DNA of 64,000 nt. Origin: an uncultured delta proteobacterium (GTDB taxonomy: Bacteria; Desulfobacterota; Binatia; UBA9968). Positions 52,473 to 62,988 of this stretch are shown piece after piece (within the stretch, counting starts at the first letter, position 1; each line of letters opens with the position of its first letter). The notes beneath the pieces were generated by a model, which ran no database searches, was not told where the DNA came from, and worked only from the letters and a program-made list of their open reading frames with translations. The stretch spans positions 96,001-160,000 of the forward strand of contig CAWFJP010000004.1 in assembly GCA_963816145.1 (NCBI GenBank), read 5' to 3'. A program made the translations under genes and the position numbers.

Positions 52473-54167
52473 TTATTGCTCCCTCTGCGAATTGACTTGC
52501 CGGTTTCGTGCGCCGTTGACTTTTGACTCGACTGTCCACCGGGGCGGCTTGAAGGATTGAGCCCCTGTCCTGGTCGTTACTTCGCTTTTCGCTGTTGATA
52601 ACAATCGCATATCGCTTTGCTCCATCGACGGCGCCGCAGCAATCGCTGATCCCGATCGTCGCTGCCCGACTGATGCCGCGTATGGGTTTCCCTGTGGCGG
52701 TCCGTTGTCTGGGGCGTTGTCGATTCGGAAGGCGCTCAATAGCTGTTGCAGACTGGCGGCTTGAGAAGCCATCTGATCGGCGGTGCCGGAGAGCTCTTCG
52801 GCGGCCGAAGCATTTCGCTGCGTGACCTGATCCATCTGGGTCATCGCCTGGTTGACTTGGGAAACGCCGGCGGCTTGTTCTCTGGAGGCGGTGGCGACTT
52901 CCTGGACCAACTCGGCGGTCTTTTTTATCGACGGGACCAGATCTGTTAGCACCGCTGCCGATCGTTCAGCGATGCGCACGCTGGATGCGGTCAAGGCGTT
53001 GATCTCCTGGGCGGCGCACTGGCTGCGTTCGGCGAGATTCCTGACCTCTGTGGCGACCACTGCGAAGCCTTTGCCGTGCTCGCCGGCGCGGGCGGCTTCG
53101 ATGGCGGCGTTGAGAGCCAGCAAATTGGTTTGATAGGCGATGTCCTCGATGACCGCGGTCTTCGCGGCGATGGTTTCCATCGCCGCGGCAGACTCACCGA
53201 CAGCCTGGCTGGACTGAGCGATTTCATGAGCGCCATTGAGGGCCATGAATTCCATTTGTCTGCTGTTGTCTGCGTTCTGGGTGATCGAAGCGTTCATCTG
53301 CTCGAGGCTGGCGCTGGTTTGTTGCACCGAGGCGGCTTGCTCGCTGGTTCCCTGCGAGAGCGATTGCGACGAGGCCGCGACTTGGGAAGAGGCCGAAGCG
53401 ATTTCATCAGCGGCGGACTTCACCGACTGCACCATCGCTCGCAGCTGGGTGACCATTACTTTGCATGCCGATTGCATTTGGCCGATCTCATCTTCGCCAT
53501 GCACGGTGACGGTTTGACTAAGATCGCCATGGGCGACGGTTTGCACCAGGGCAACTAAATTGCGGATCGGAGCGGTAACCCATTTTTGCAAGATCAGGAA
53601 CACCCCCGCGGCGGAAACCGCAAGTGATACCAGCGCCAGGACCAGAAAGAGTCCGGTCATGCGGCGCTGCGCCGCCCGTATGACCTCCGCCCTTGAAACC
53701 AGCGAGATGTACACCGTGCCTTTTTCATGAACGACCGGATGGATAAAATTGTAGTTGCCGTCAATTGCCAGCGTCAGGGTATTTTTCGGATGCCGGGTCA
53801 GGTGGGTCTGGATCGCCTTGTGCAACTTCAGTTTCTTTTCTTCGCTGGGGTCGCTGTGAACTGCTAGATTGCCTTCGCCATCGTAGACTGCGATATGGGC
53901 GAGTTCGGGATTGGCTTTCTGCAACGCCAGGATATCGCCTTTGAGAACGATGAATACGTTGGGTTGATAGCCGACTTGATTCAATAGGTCCGTGACCCGA
54001 GTTCTCAGCGGTTGGATGAGTACCGCGGAGCGGGCTTCCAGCCAATGAAGATATTCGGCGGTGAAGACCGACACGTTAATCCAGGCGCCGACACCGAGCA
54101 CGGCCATCAGGAGAAGCGCAACCGGTATTGCAATTTTTGCTCGGAGGTCGTTCTTAATCTGCTGCAT
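52473..54167 (-). CDS. methyl-accepting chemotaxis protein
   Basis: Two TM helices, periplasmic domain, HAMP and MCP signalling domain; start uncertain. Confidence 0.92.
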   Translation of the reverse strand: MQQIKNDLRAKIAIPVALLLMAVLGVGAWINVSVFTAEYLHWLEARSAVLIQPLRTRVTDLLNQVGYQPNVFIVLKGDILALQKANPELAHIAVYDGEGNLAVHSDPSEEKKLKLHKAIQTHLTRHPKNTLTLAIDGNYNFIHPVVHEKGTVYISLVSRAEVIRAAQRRMTGLFLVLALVSLAVSAAGVFLILQKWVTAPIRNLVALVQTVAHGDLSQTVTVHGEDEIGQMQSACKVMVTQLRAMVQSVKSAADEIASASSQVAASSQSLSQGTSEQAASVQQTSASLEQMNASITQNADNSRQMEFMALNGAHEIAQSSQAVGESAAAMETIAAKTAVIEDIAYQTNLLALNAAIEAARAGEHGKGFAVVATEVRNLAERSQCAAQEINALTASSVRIAERSAAVLTDLVPSIKKTAELVQEVATASREQAAGVSQVNQAMTQMDQVTQRNASAAEELSGTADQMASQAASLQQLLSAFRIDNAPDNGPPQGNPYAASVGQRRSGSAIAAAPSMEQSDMRLLSTAKSEVTTRTGAQSFKPPRWTVESKVNGARNRQVNSQREQ

Positions 54168-54265
54168 AAAATTTGCGCGGCTTATCACCTGGTTTATCCA
54201 CGTTGCTCCTAAGAGTTGATTGGCGCGGTTCCTTTCCCAACTGCCAGGCGACGTTTCGAGTTTGC

Positions 54266-54784
54266 TTACAGCGCTGCCGCCGCTCCCTGTTCCGATGCGT
54301 TGACGCCGCGTGCCGTCGGCACAAGATCGTCAGCGTTCAAGACTTTATCGATGTCGAGGACCAAGACGAACTTGTCGCCGGATTTTCCCATGCCGCGCAG
54401 AAAATCGATGCGTCTCCGGGTGCCGAAGGCCGGCGCCGGTAAAATATTGTCTTCCGACATACTAATCACTTGGCTGACGGAGTCGGCGATGACGCCCATG
54501 ACCGCGCGGCTCTCGTTGATATCGGCTTCGACGATGACGATGCATGTGCGATCGGTCACGGGGCTGGCGGTCAAACCAAACTTGAGCCCGAGATCTACGA
54601 CCGGGACGACATTGCCGCGTAAATTGATCACGCCGCGGATCGACGGCGGGGTGTGCGGCACTTTGGTCAGAGTCCCGTAGGTTATGATTTCCCTGACCTG
54701 CAAGATGCCCACGGCGTATTCCTCCCCGGCCAAATGAAATGTCAGATATTGCGTCTGGTCGAAGCTATTATTTTTGTCATGCAT
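54266..54784 (-). CDS. cheW: chemotaxis adaptor
   Basis: YLTFHL, VREII and [15 protein letters not shown] motifs. Confidence 0.95.
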   Translation of the reverse strand: MHDKNNSFDQTQYLTFHLAGEEYAVGILQVREIITYGTLTKVPHTPPSIRGVINLRGNVVPVVDLGLKFGLTASPVTDRTCIVIVEADINESRAVMGVIADSVSQVISMSEDNILPAPAFGTRRRIDFLRGMGKSGDKFVLVLDIDKVLNADDLVPTARGVNASEQGAAAAL

Positions 54785-54802
54785 CACGGACCTCGATTAA
54801 TT

Positions 54803-56515
54803 TTACTGCAATGAATTCAGGTTCGTTGGGCCTCCGTCGCCACCGCGGTTGGCGACTAAGCTGGCGGCGCTGCCGTTGCCATGGAAGCGAATCACCTCGC
54901 GCATCAAGGCGGAGACATCGAGGATCAGAGCTACTCTGCCGTTACCCATGATCGCCGATCCGGAGACACCGGGAAGGTCTCTAAATTGGTCACCGAGAGA
55001 TTTGATCACGGTCTGGCGCGCGCCTTGGAGGGTATCCACAGCCAACCCGGCTTTGGCGCCGTCGAGGTCGACGACGACGATGTTTTCGCGATCAGGGCGG
55101 GGGCTCGAAAGTTCGAACCAGTTGCGTAAACGAACATAAGGCAGCGGCTCGCCGCGCAAATTGATGACGCCCTGGGGTCGGTCGTGGGAGCGTTCGGCGA
55201 CCGGCATTTCGATGCACTCGCTGACCGCATGCAACGGCAGCACATAAGTATCCTCACCGATGCCGACGCCGAAGCCCTCGATGATCGCTAGGGTCAACGG
55301 CAAGCGCATGGTGATAGTCGTCCCTTTGCCCCGCTCGCTGTCGATGCCCACCGAACCGCGCAGCTCTTCGATGTTGCGACGCACCACGTCCATGCCGACG
55401 CCGCGGCCGGATAAGTCCGTGACCGCGTCGGCAGTCGAAAATCCAGGTTCGAAAATCATCCGATAAAGCTCTTGGTCGGCTAGTTTGTCCGGCTCCGCGA
55501 CGTTACCGATAATTTTTGCCTGTTCAATTATTTTGCTGCAGTTGAGTCCGGCGCCATCGTCGCTCACTTGGATGACGATTTTGGCGCCCTCGTGGAAGGC
55601 CTTGAGCGAAATGGTGCCGCAGGGATCCTTGCCGTGCGCCTTGCGAGTCTCAGGCGGCTCGATGCCATGATCGAGGGCGTTGCGAATCATATGCATGAGC
55701 GGATCTTTGAGATGCTCGATGACACTGACATCGACCTCGACGTCTTCCCCCTCCAAAGTGAGCAGGGCGGATTTGCCGTGATCGTTTGCGACATCGCGGA
55801 CGGTGCGGATGTACTGACGAAACGTCGGGCCCACCGGCACCATGCGCACCTTCATGATGTGCTCCTGAAGTTCGAGGGAAAGTCGTTCGACTTGGTCCTG
55901 GGCTTCAAGCGCTTCAGTTTTTTCGTTGCTGGTCTGTTCAATTGCTTGCCGGAGCCGGCCTTGGGCGATGGCGATCTCGCCGGCGAGGTTGAGCATTCGA
56001 TCGAGTTTTTGGGTATCGACACGGATCGTTCCAGCGCGCTCCATCCAGGCCGTGGCGTCGGCTTGGCGGCGACCGAAGGGGCGGCGCGCCGAGTCGACCT
56101 CATGGGGATGGCGGGCGCCGCTGGTTTCCTCCGGCTCACCGCTCGCCAGTTGATTCAACAACGCAATATGCTGTGGTTGCAATTCGTCGCCGCCGGCGAT
56201 CGCTTCGGGCACCATTTGGCGCATTGCGTCAAGCGCATGGAGTAGCAGGGTGATGCGCTGTTGGGTCACCGGCAACGTGCGGTTGCGGAAACGCTGGAGC
56301 ATTTCTTCGAATACATGCGCGAAGCCCGCGACTTTGGGATAACCTAGACTCGCGGAGTTGCCCTTGAGCGTGTGGGCGCCGCGAAAGATCGCTTCGAGGA
56401 GTTTGTCGTCCTCCGGGTTCGCTTCCAGAGCAACGAGAGACTCCTCCATCTTGGCAAAATGCTCTTCAGACTCGGCCATGAAGGTTTGGAGGATCGCTTC
56501 GAAATCGAATTCCAT
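54803..56515 (-). CDS. cheA: chemotaxis histidine kinase (no evident P2 domain)
   Basis: IFRGAHTLKG Hpt, HMIRNALDHG, GRGVGMDVV and C-terminal CheW-like domain. Confidence 0.95.
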   Translation of the reverse strand: MEFDFEAILQTFMAESEEHFAKMEESLVALEANPEDDKLLEAIFRGAHTLKGNSASLGYPKVAGFAHVFEEMLQRFRNRTLPVTQQRITLLLHALDAMRQMVPEAIAGGDELQPQHIALLNQLASGEPEETSGARHPHEVDSARRPFGRRQADATAWMERAGTIRVDTQKLDRMLNLAGEIAIAQGRLRQAIEQTSNEKTEALEAQDQVERLSLELQEHIMKVRMVPVGPTFRQYIRTVRDVANDHGKSALLTLEGEDVEVDVSVIEHLKDPLMHMIRNALDHGIEPPETRKAHGKDPCGTISLKAFHEGAKIVIQVSDDGAGLNCSKIIEQAKIIGNVAEPDKLADQELYRMIFEPGFSTADAVTDLSGRGVGMDVVRRNIEELRGSVGIDSERGKGTTITMRLPLTLAIIEGFGVGIGEDTYVLPLHAVSECIEMPVAERSHDRPQGVINLRGEPLPYVRLRNWFELSSPRPDRENIVVVDLDGAKAGLAVDTLQGARQTVIKSLGDQFRDLPGVSGSAIMGNGRVALILDVSALMREVIRFHGNGSAASLVANRGGDGGPTNLNSLQ

Positions 56516-56522
56516 AATCGTG

Positions 56523-57038
56523 CTACAGCGCTTTGACCCAAGCCGCTCCGTCGTCGGTGTGGAAAATGAGCTTGCGGCCGCGTTGGCCGCCGACATCGTG
56601 ACCTACCAGTGGGATCGACTCGGACTCCAGCAGTTCGCGGGCCACTTCGATATTCTTCGTGCCAAGGTGGTGCTGGCGCTGGCGAAAGGCTTCGAGCACG
56701 CAGGCGCCGCCAAACATCTTGGCCAATAAATTATGTTTTTGACTACCCAAATAGGCCAGCTGATCGAGCAATTCTTTGATCGCGATATTGCCGAAGCGTG
56801 GCGACGCGATGCCTTCGCCACTGAAGCTCGGCAATAGAAAGTGGTTCATGCCGCCGATGCCGCTCAGTGGGTCCCATATACAAACGGCAACACAGGACCC
56901 GAGTATGGTGGTCACGGCATAGCTGTCGGCGGAGACGAACAGTTGGCCTGGGTGAAGATAGGCGGTCGCCCGTTCGGTCGCTGCACTGGGCGGCGACGAT
57001 GGCATGCGGTCGCTGCGAGGTGTTGTTGAGGGATGCAT
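56523..57038 (-). CDS. cheD: chemoreceptor glutamine deamidase
   Basis: TILGSCVAV, GGMNHFLLP, KMFGGA and DVGG motifs. Confidence 0.93.
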   Translation of the reverse strand: MHPSTTPRSDRMPSSPPSAATERATAYLHPGQLFVSADSYAVTTILGSCVAVCIWDPLSGIGGMNHFLLPSFSGEGIASPRFGNIAIKELLDQLAYLGSQKHNLLAKMFGGACVLEAFRQRQHHLGTKNIEVARELLESESIPLVGHDVGGQRGRKLIFHTDDGAAWVKAL

Positions 57039-57049
57039 TATGACCTTGT

Positions 57050-57421
57050 TCAGTCGCCGAGGAGGTCGCGCACTTTAGCGATCAGTTCCATGCTGTCGAT
57101 GGGCTTGACGATATAGTCGTTGCAACCACTGGCGTAGCCGGTTTCGATGCTGTCCGCTTCGTTTCTGGTCGTGACCATGACGACCGGTACCGTACTCGTA
57201 CGGTGATTTACGCGCAGCTGGCGCAGCGCTTCAAAGCCGCCCATTCGCGGCATGACGACATCCATCAGAATCAGATCAGGATTGCATTCGAGGGCACGCG
57301 CGACACCTTCGGCGCCGTCGCGCGCAACCAGCAGCTCATAGGGCTCCTTGGCGAGAATCATTTGTTCCATCTGCAAGATGGTTTCCGAATCATCGACGAG
57401 TAAGATTTTTCGCGCTGCCAT
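57050..57421 (-). CDS. single-domain response regulator
   Basis: LVDDS, MDVVMP and VKP motifs; ATG 57421. Confidence 0.88.
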   Translation of the reverse strand: MAARKILLVDDSETILQMEQMILAKEPYELLVARDGAEGVARALECNPDLILMDVVMPRMGGFEALRQLRVNHRTSTVPVVMVTTRNEADSIETGYASGCNDYIVKPIDSMELIAKVRDLLGD

Positions 57422-57528
57422 TGCCTTGAAACCTTTCGCTGCATGCACAGGGTTGCCGCGGCGGCGAACCGTGCGGCGCCTTAGACCACTGCCGACGCTG
57501 GCCGAAGCCGCAATCGTGACAACTACGA

Positions 57529-57543
57529 GCAAGATGTCTGCCA
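57529..57543 (-). promoter_or_regulatory. candidate sigma54 (-24/-12) promoter of the chemosensory cluster
   Basis: Minus strand TGGCAGACATCTTGC has exact GG-N10-GC spacing, about 110 bp upstream of the first gene. Confidence 0.55.
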
Positions 57544-57995
57544 ATGTCGAAACTATTGGAAAGAAAGGAAAACTTCGGAGTATTTCAACGAATATCGGTG
57601 CCGTTGAGGAACAACTCTGTACATGAGTGAACAGAGCGATTGGGCGATTTCCCAATACGCTCGCGATGCTGCAGTGGTTCTTCCGTCGGTGAGCAGCTCG
57701 AGGGGTGGGTCGCCGCAAGCTGGATCGCCGAAATGAATTTCCGGTGTTGGCACGCAAGCCAATCGTATCCTGCACGTCATGGTTTTCCACCGATGACTGG
57801 ATTCGGTCCCAATATGTCCAATTGCGGCCAATGCTGCGCTTTGAGTCTTTCGGTAGGATTAAGCCATCTTTTGGTTATTATTGGGTTTTAGGTCGTTCAA
57901 TGGGGTGGCATGTATTTAGCTTTGCTAAGGCCGAAGACCTTTTTCAATTGAGGTAGAGCTACGCCCAGCAGTATGGCGGGCGAGGAGTGAGATTC

Positions 57996-59834
57996 GTGGC
58001 GGAAGATAAAAACGATCAGCCGTTGGGAAGCCAGACAATTGGCGCTGCCAATGGGAAAGACGTGTTATATGGTTGGCTTGTCGGTCGGGCTGCGGCCGAT
58101 CTCGGATTGGCACAAGCGATCGCCGCAAGCGAGGCGCAACGGGCGGAACAGATCAAGCGTCTCGAGGCAGCGTTGCTCGGGCAAATGCGTGAGCTGCAAA
58201 ACAGTCAAGCAACGTTTTCCGGATCGTCCGTAGACGGAGCTGAAGTCGACCGACTGAAGGATCAATTCCAGCAATTTGGCGAACGGCAAAATTTTCTCGA
58301 GGCGCAACAGCTTACCATTGGGCAGATCGAAGCCCAGTTATCAGCTAAAATTGTCGAGCTGCAAGCTCAGATCGAGCAGCCGCCAGCGGCGGCTGCCAGC
58401 GCCGAAGTTAACGCGCTGCGTGCCGAAATGGCCGGGTTCGCCGAACGTCTCGCGCAGGCCGAGGCGTGTGCAACGCGCGAACCTGCGCCAGTAGATAGTC
58501 GTCCGGTTGAGGAGCAAATTGCCGTCGTCGTGCGCGAGCAAACCGAAGAGCTGAAAACCCAACTATTCGAGCACCTCCAAAGACAAACTGCTGTCGGCTA
58601 TGAACTCAAGACTCTGGAGACTGCTTTCCAGCAAAAGCTCGATGGCTTGAAACAAGAGATCCGGGAGAAGGCCGCGCTCTTGCGCTTGCGCGATGGCGAA
58701 CTAAGTGAACTGCGGGTTCAACTTGCCCGCGTGGAGCAGCGGCTCGATCAAGTGGCGGCAACGCCGCCGCCCGAAACCAGCGCCAGCGAGCGGGAAGCGG
58801 AGCGGGCGCTGTGGCAGCGCGACTTCGACGAACGGTTAAGCGTCCGCTTGCGCGAGTTGGGCGACGAGATTCGCGTCAAGCTCCACGCAGTGACCAGCGC
58901 CAACGTCGATCAAGAACAATTTCACGGCGAGACTATGGCGTTGACGGCGCGCATCGCACAGTTGGAGCACTCCCACCAGGAAGCCAATTCTGGCGCCGCG
59001 GTGGAGGCGCGCGAAGCCTACCAAGCCACGGTGGCGTTGCGCGGCGAAATAGCGGCGTTGAAAGCCACGCTCGTAGAACAGCAAAGCACCCAGTCCAACG
59101 ACGGACTGATTCGCAGTGTGGAGGAGATGTTGTGCGGCCAAGTTCACGAACTCCACAATCAGATCGCGCAAAATCAGCGCGGCGGCCTCGAATGGGAGAA
59201 GCAAATAAAAGATTTGCGCGTCGATCTTCAATCGCTGATGCAGCGGCAAATCCAATCGGAGTCGTTGGCCCAGCAGACCCATGCGCGGGAGACTCAAGAA
59301 ACCGCGCAGATCTGCGGCGGCCTTAAGTCCGATCTGTTGGCGATCGAGGCGCAATTGAACGAACAGCGTTCGCGCGATGCGGCGCTGCAAGGCATGGAAG
59401 AGACGTTGAATCTGCGCCTGCGCGAGATACATAGTCAGTTGGCCCAGGGGATGTCGGCGCTCGACCAGCGCGACGGCGAGTTGCGCGATCTCAAGAATCA
59501 AGTACAGCACCTGGCGCAACAGGTCGGTCAAAGCGGTCAGGCGGCGTCGTTTGCGTCCCTTAGCCGGCCAGATCCGGTGGCTGCGATTCCTGCGGTGGCG
59601 CCATCAAGTGGAGTCATGTCTGGGCTGCAAGCGGCCGAGCTGCGACCAATGGCTGCCGCAGGCAGCGCGGATACCATGCCGAATTTATTACAGCCGGTTG
59701 TACCCGGCAATGGCCACGCAACGGATCAGAGTAAGATTTCGCCGATTGATTTACATGACCGTCTGTCCGCGGAGATCGAGCGCAAACGGGCCGAGCTGCG
59801 AGAAAAGAGCGGCCGCTGGAAAGTGCGGCAGTAG
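57996..59834 (+). CDS. long coiled-coil protein of unknown function
   Basis: E/Q/L/A-rich heptad pattern over about 500 aa, Pro/Ala linker and short charged C-terminal helix; GAGGAG RBS before GTG 57996. Confidence 0.78.
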   Translation: MAEDKNDQPLGSQTIGAANGKDVLYGWLVGRAAADLGLAQAIAASEAQRAEQIKRLEAALLGQMRELQNSQATFSGSSVDGAEVDRLKDQFQQFGERQNFLEAQQLTIGQIEAQLSAKIVELQAQIEQPPAAAASAEVNALRAEMAGFAERLAQAEACATREPAPVDSRPVEEQIAVVVREQTEELKTQLFEHLQRQTAVGYELKTLETAFQQKLDGLKQEIREKAALLRLRDGELSELRVQLARVEQRLDQVAATPPPETSASEREAERALWQRDFDERLSVRLRELGDEIRVKLHAVTSANVDQEQFHGETMALTARIAQLEHSHQEANSGAAVEAREAYQATVALRGEIAALKATLVEQQSTQSNDGLIRSVEEMLCGQVHELHNQIAQNQRGGLEWEKQIKDLRVDLQSLMQRQIQSESLAQQTHARETQETAQICGGLKSDLLAIEAQLNEQRSRDAALQGMEETLNLRLREIHSQLAQGMSALDQRDGELRDLKNQVQHLAQQVGQSGQAASFASLSRPDPVAAIPAVAPSSGVMSGLQAAELRPMAAAGSADTMPNLLQPVVPGNGHATDQSKISPIDLHDRLSAEIERKRAELREKSGRWKVRQ

Positions 59835-59942
59835 TAAACTGGCAAGTTGCTGCGACCACCGGCTTGAGGTTCCAGCGAAACGGAAAGTCGTAGACGGCGC
59901 AGCATTGTTATTTCGTCCAACATCGCGAAAGACCTTATCGTA

Positions 59943-60659
59943 ATGGCCAACGGAAACAGGGTGCCGACCGGAATCGTCGAACTCGATGCGCTCATCGAAG
60001 GCGGCTTGCGGGCCGGTAAAACATATCTCGTCGTCGGTGAGCCGGGGACGGGCAAGACCGTTTTCGGCTTGCAGTTTCTCGTCAACGGTTTGATGGAGAA
60101 AGAACGAGGGCTTTACGTCGCCATCGACGAAAAGCCCGCCGACGTGCTCGACCAAGCCGCGTCCCTGGGCTGGGACCTGGCGCCGTTTATCGAGTCCAAA
60201 GAGTTCGTCATCCTCGATGCCTCGGCTTATTTCAGCGGTAGCAGCGATACCCAGAAAAAAATCGATGTGCAACGGGTAGTCGCTGACCTCAATGCTTATA
60301 TCACGCGCATGGGCGCCACCCGGCTGGTGATCGATCCGGTGGGACCGCTGTTATTCAACCGCGAAGCGACATCGCGGGCGCCGGATCAGGCGCGTATGCT
60401 TTTCTACGGTCTCCAGGCCAATGGCAATACGACGAATCTGCTGACCACTTATTCGGTCGAACGCAACGTCCGCGGCCTGGAAGAATATCTCGTCGCCGGT
60501 ACCATCGTACTAGAAATGGAGTTGGTCAAGAGCCGCTTCGTGCGCACGTTGACCATTGAGAAAATGCGCAGCACGGCGTTGGCGCCGGCGCAGTATTTGT
60601 TCAATATCGTTGCCGACCGTGGCATTGTCTTGCAAGGTTTGAGCGATGCCGCGGGTTGA
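59943..60659 (+). CDS. single-domain KaiC-like/RAD55 (RecA superfamily) ATPase
   Basis: PTGIxELD, GEPGTGKT Walker A, RLVID Walker B and IEKMR motifs. Confidence 0.88.
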   Translation: MANGNRVPTGIVELDALIEGGLRAGKTYLVVGEPGTGKTVFGLQFLVNGLMEKERGLYVAIDEKPADVLDQAASLGWDLAPFIESKEFVILDASAYFSGSSDTQKKIDVQRVVADLNAYITRMGATRLVIDPVGPLLFNREATSRAPDQARMLFYGLQANGNTTNLLTTYSVERNVRGLEEYLVAGTIVLEMELVKSRFVRTLTIEKMRSTALAPAQYLFNIVADRGIVLQGLSDAAG

Positions 60660-60715
60660 TCCGGGGTGTGCCGCGATCGAAGCGTTGGTGACGGACATCG
60701 CGCCGCAATAAATCC

Positions 60716-60970
60716 ATGAAGTCCTGCTCCGATTTCATCGCCCATGGTTTGGCCATTTCGATTGCGATCGTCTTATTGGCGCTGGCAGTGGAGGTCAAGC
60801 AAGACGCGAGAGCAAATCTGCTGGAGCTGCAGCCGCAAAAACAAGCACTCACAGCTTTACGCCAAGAGCGCAAAATACTGAAGATCAATCGGAAGGAGCG
60901 CCGCATTGAGCGGCGTGACCGGCGTAAGGAGCGGCACGAAGTCAAGCCTGTGAGCAAAGTAGCGCGTTGA
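60716..60970 (+). CDS. small hypothetical membrane protein with basic tail
   Basis: One hydrophobic segment followed by an Arg/Lys-rich helix; no clear RBS. Confidence 0.4.
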   Translation: MKSCSDFIAHGLAISIAIVLLALAVEVKQDARANLLELQPQKQALTALRQERKILKINRKERRIERRDRRKERHEVKPVSKVAR

Positions 60971-61036
60971 CCGGCGCTGCCGGTCGTTAACGTTTCATGC
61001 TTTATTAATGCCAACTCCAAGCGCGCTTGGCCATTT

Positions 61037-61393
61037 TTATCCACGAAATACTTCGACAGAGACCGCCGTGCCATAGGCTAGTACTTCGGTGACACCGTCG
61101 GCGATCTCAGTGGCGTCGTAGCGCACGCCGATGATCGCGTTGGCGCCGAGCTGATGGGCGTGCTCGATCATCGAACGGTGCGCATCGTCGCGCGCTGTCT
61201 CGCATAGCTCTGTGTAGATCGTGATTTTGCCGCCAAACAGCGTCTGCAGGCTGGCGCCGATATTGCCGACGAGACTGCGCGAGCGCACGATGATGCCGCG
61301 CACTACGCCGAGGTTTCGCGTGACCCGATAGCCGGGCAGATCCTGCGCGGTTGTAATGAGTTTAGCGTCGATCAAGGCAATCTTCTCAATCAA
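61037..61393 (-). CDS. YbjQ/UPF0145 family protein
   Basis: [17 protein letters not shown] and EVLAYGTAV motifs. Confidence 0.88.
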   Translation of the reverse strand: MIEKIALIDAKLITTAQDLPGYRVTRNLGVVRGIIVRSRSLVGNIGASLQTLFGGKITIYTELCETARDDAHRSMIEHAHQLGANAIIGVRYDATEIADGVTEVLAYGTAVSVEVFRG

Positions 61394-61435
61394 AGAGCTG
61401 ACGGCGGTTGAGGATCGCGCTGTAAATTCTCGCGA

Positions 61436-62497
61436 CTATCTCTGCGGCAGAGGTTCATTGCCGGCGATCTTGTTGAACAGAGCGATCACATCGGCGTCGC
61501 GCGGAATGTCTTTGATCGCTTTTTCCTGGGCTTCCGGCAATAGCGGGGTGGCATCGTCGGCGGAGAGCCGTTTGAAGTCCTTCAAGAACGCAGGGTCGCG
61601 AAAAGTCTTGCGCATCGCCTCGCGCCAGTGCGCCACCGCCTCGGCGGGCGTCCCTGGCGGTAGAATATAGGGCGAGCCGACCAGGCGGAAGGTGCGGAAC
61701 ATGGTCATGATCTTGCGCTCGCGCTCACTCTTGGCGAACGATTCTAGCTCAGGCAGTTTGTTGAACAGGGGATGGGGATGGCGGTCGTCCTTGGGGATCT
61801 GAATGATCGCATGAAAGTTGAGACGTTTCTTTTCCAGTTGGTCGGCATTGCGCTGCAATATGGTATCGGGAATGTTGGCGCGGGCATCTAGTTCGCCGCG
61901 GTCCATGGCAAGATCGAGTTCCGGGCCGGAGAAACCGGTAACGAAACGGGGATCTTTCAGACCGAGTATCCAGGAAAACAGCCGCCCGTTGATATAGATA
62001 TCATGGCCGACGGTTTGCGCGCCGACACGGAGACCGGGATGAGCGCGCAATTTATCCAAACTATCGAGCCCCAGTCTTACCATCGAGCCGAAAACATATT
62101 GCGCCGTGCTGTTTGAGGCGCCGAGGTAAATCAGTTTGTCGATATCGTACTCGACGCCGGTGGAACCGAGCACGGCGTTGGCGACCAAGCCCGAACCGAC
62201 GTTCCCTAAAGTCAAGCCGTCGGGCTTGGCGTTGCGCGCAATATAGTTGCTCGCCTTACGGCCGCCGCCGCCGGGCATGAATTGGGTGACGATGATCGGC
62301 TCGCCGGGGAGGTATTTTTTGAGAAACGGTAGCGCCGCCTGGACGCGCAAGGCGCCGGTGCCGCCCGGCTCGCGGCCTTGCACTAGCAAGATGGTTTTAC
62401 CCTGGAAATAGGGCGTTGATTGGCCGAAACCCGGCGTGTTGCCGAGCAATACAAATAACGTTACCGCTGTCGTTAATGTGGTTATTGGCTTCATCAT
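61436..62497 (-). CDS. tripartite tricarboxylate transporter substrate-binding protein (TctC/Bug-like)
   Basis: Signal peptide, YFQGKTI, MPGGGG, KPDGLT and PPGTP motifs. Confidence 0.8.
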   Translation of the reverse strand: MMKPITTLTTAVTLFVLLGNTPGFGQSTPYFQGKTILLVQGREPGGTGALRVQAALPFLKKYLPGEPIIVTQFMPGGGGRKASNYIARNAKPDGLTLGNVGSGLVANAVLGSTGVEYDIDKLIYLGASNSTAQYVFGSMVRLGLDSLDKLRAHPGLRVGAQTVGHDIYINGRLFSWILGLKDPRFVTGFSGPELDLAMDRGELDARANIPDTILQRNADQLEKKRLNFHAIIQIPKDDRHPHPLFNKLPELESFAKSERERKIMTMFRTFRLVGSPYILPPGTPAEAVAHWREAMRKTFRDPAFLKDFKRLSADDATPLLPEAQEKAIKDIPRDADVIALFNKIAGNEPLPQR

Positions 62498-62579
62498 CTG
62501 TCCCCTAAAAATTAGCGTCGTAGTTGTCTATCATGCAGACCGGTGAATTCAAGACGGTTTTGCCGACCACGGGCCTCAG

Positions 62580-62975
62580 CTAGCAGCAGCGCTTGGTGAA
62601 GCGTGAAATCGCCCGCCGGTCTCTCTTGGTCGGCCGCCCCGGCGCGGCGAATTCGGGCGGCCGTTCGAGTTGCAACTGCGCCGCGACCTTGTGACGTTGC
62701 TGTATGCTCGTCTCGGTCTCGTCGTAGAGCAGTTGCGCTTGCGGCGCCGAGCCGCGCAGACGCGAAACATCTTTCACGACGACGAACCATTCATAGGGAC
62801 TGCCGCGGATGCAGAGTCTGTCGCCGGCGCGGACGATGCGGCTCGGTTTGGCGCGCTCGCCGTTGACCTCGACCCTGCCGCCGCTCACTGCTTCGGCCGC
62901 CAATGAGCGGGTCTTAAAAAAGCGCGCGGCCCAAAGCCATTTGTCGATTCGAATCGGTTCCTCTTGCTGCGACAT
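62580..62975 (-). CDS. hslR: ribosome-associated heat shock protein Hsp15 (S4 domain)
   Basis: RIDKWLWAARFFKTRSLA and GRPTKRDRR motifs. Confidence 0.92.
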   Translation of the reverse strand: MSQQEEPIRIDKWLWAARFFKTRSLAAEAVSGGRVEVNGERAKPSRIVRAGDRLCIRGSPYEWFVVVKDVSRLRGSAPQAQLLYDETETSIQQRHKVAAQLQLERPPEFAAPGRPTKRDRRAISRFTKRCC

Positions 62976-62988
62976 GATGCGGGCTAGG

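Noticed and set aside
57422-57995. c-di-GMP riboswitch or ncRNA in the long intergenic region
   Set aside because: No recognisable consensus by eye; an Rfam/Infernal scan would be needed.
59943-60659. Circadian clock KaiC
   Set aside because: Single domain only, no evident CII phosphosite region, and no kaiA or kaiB in the window.
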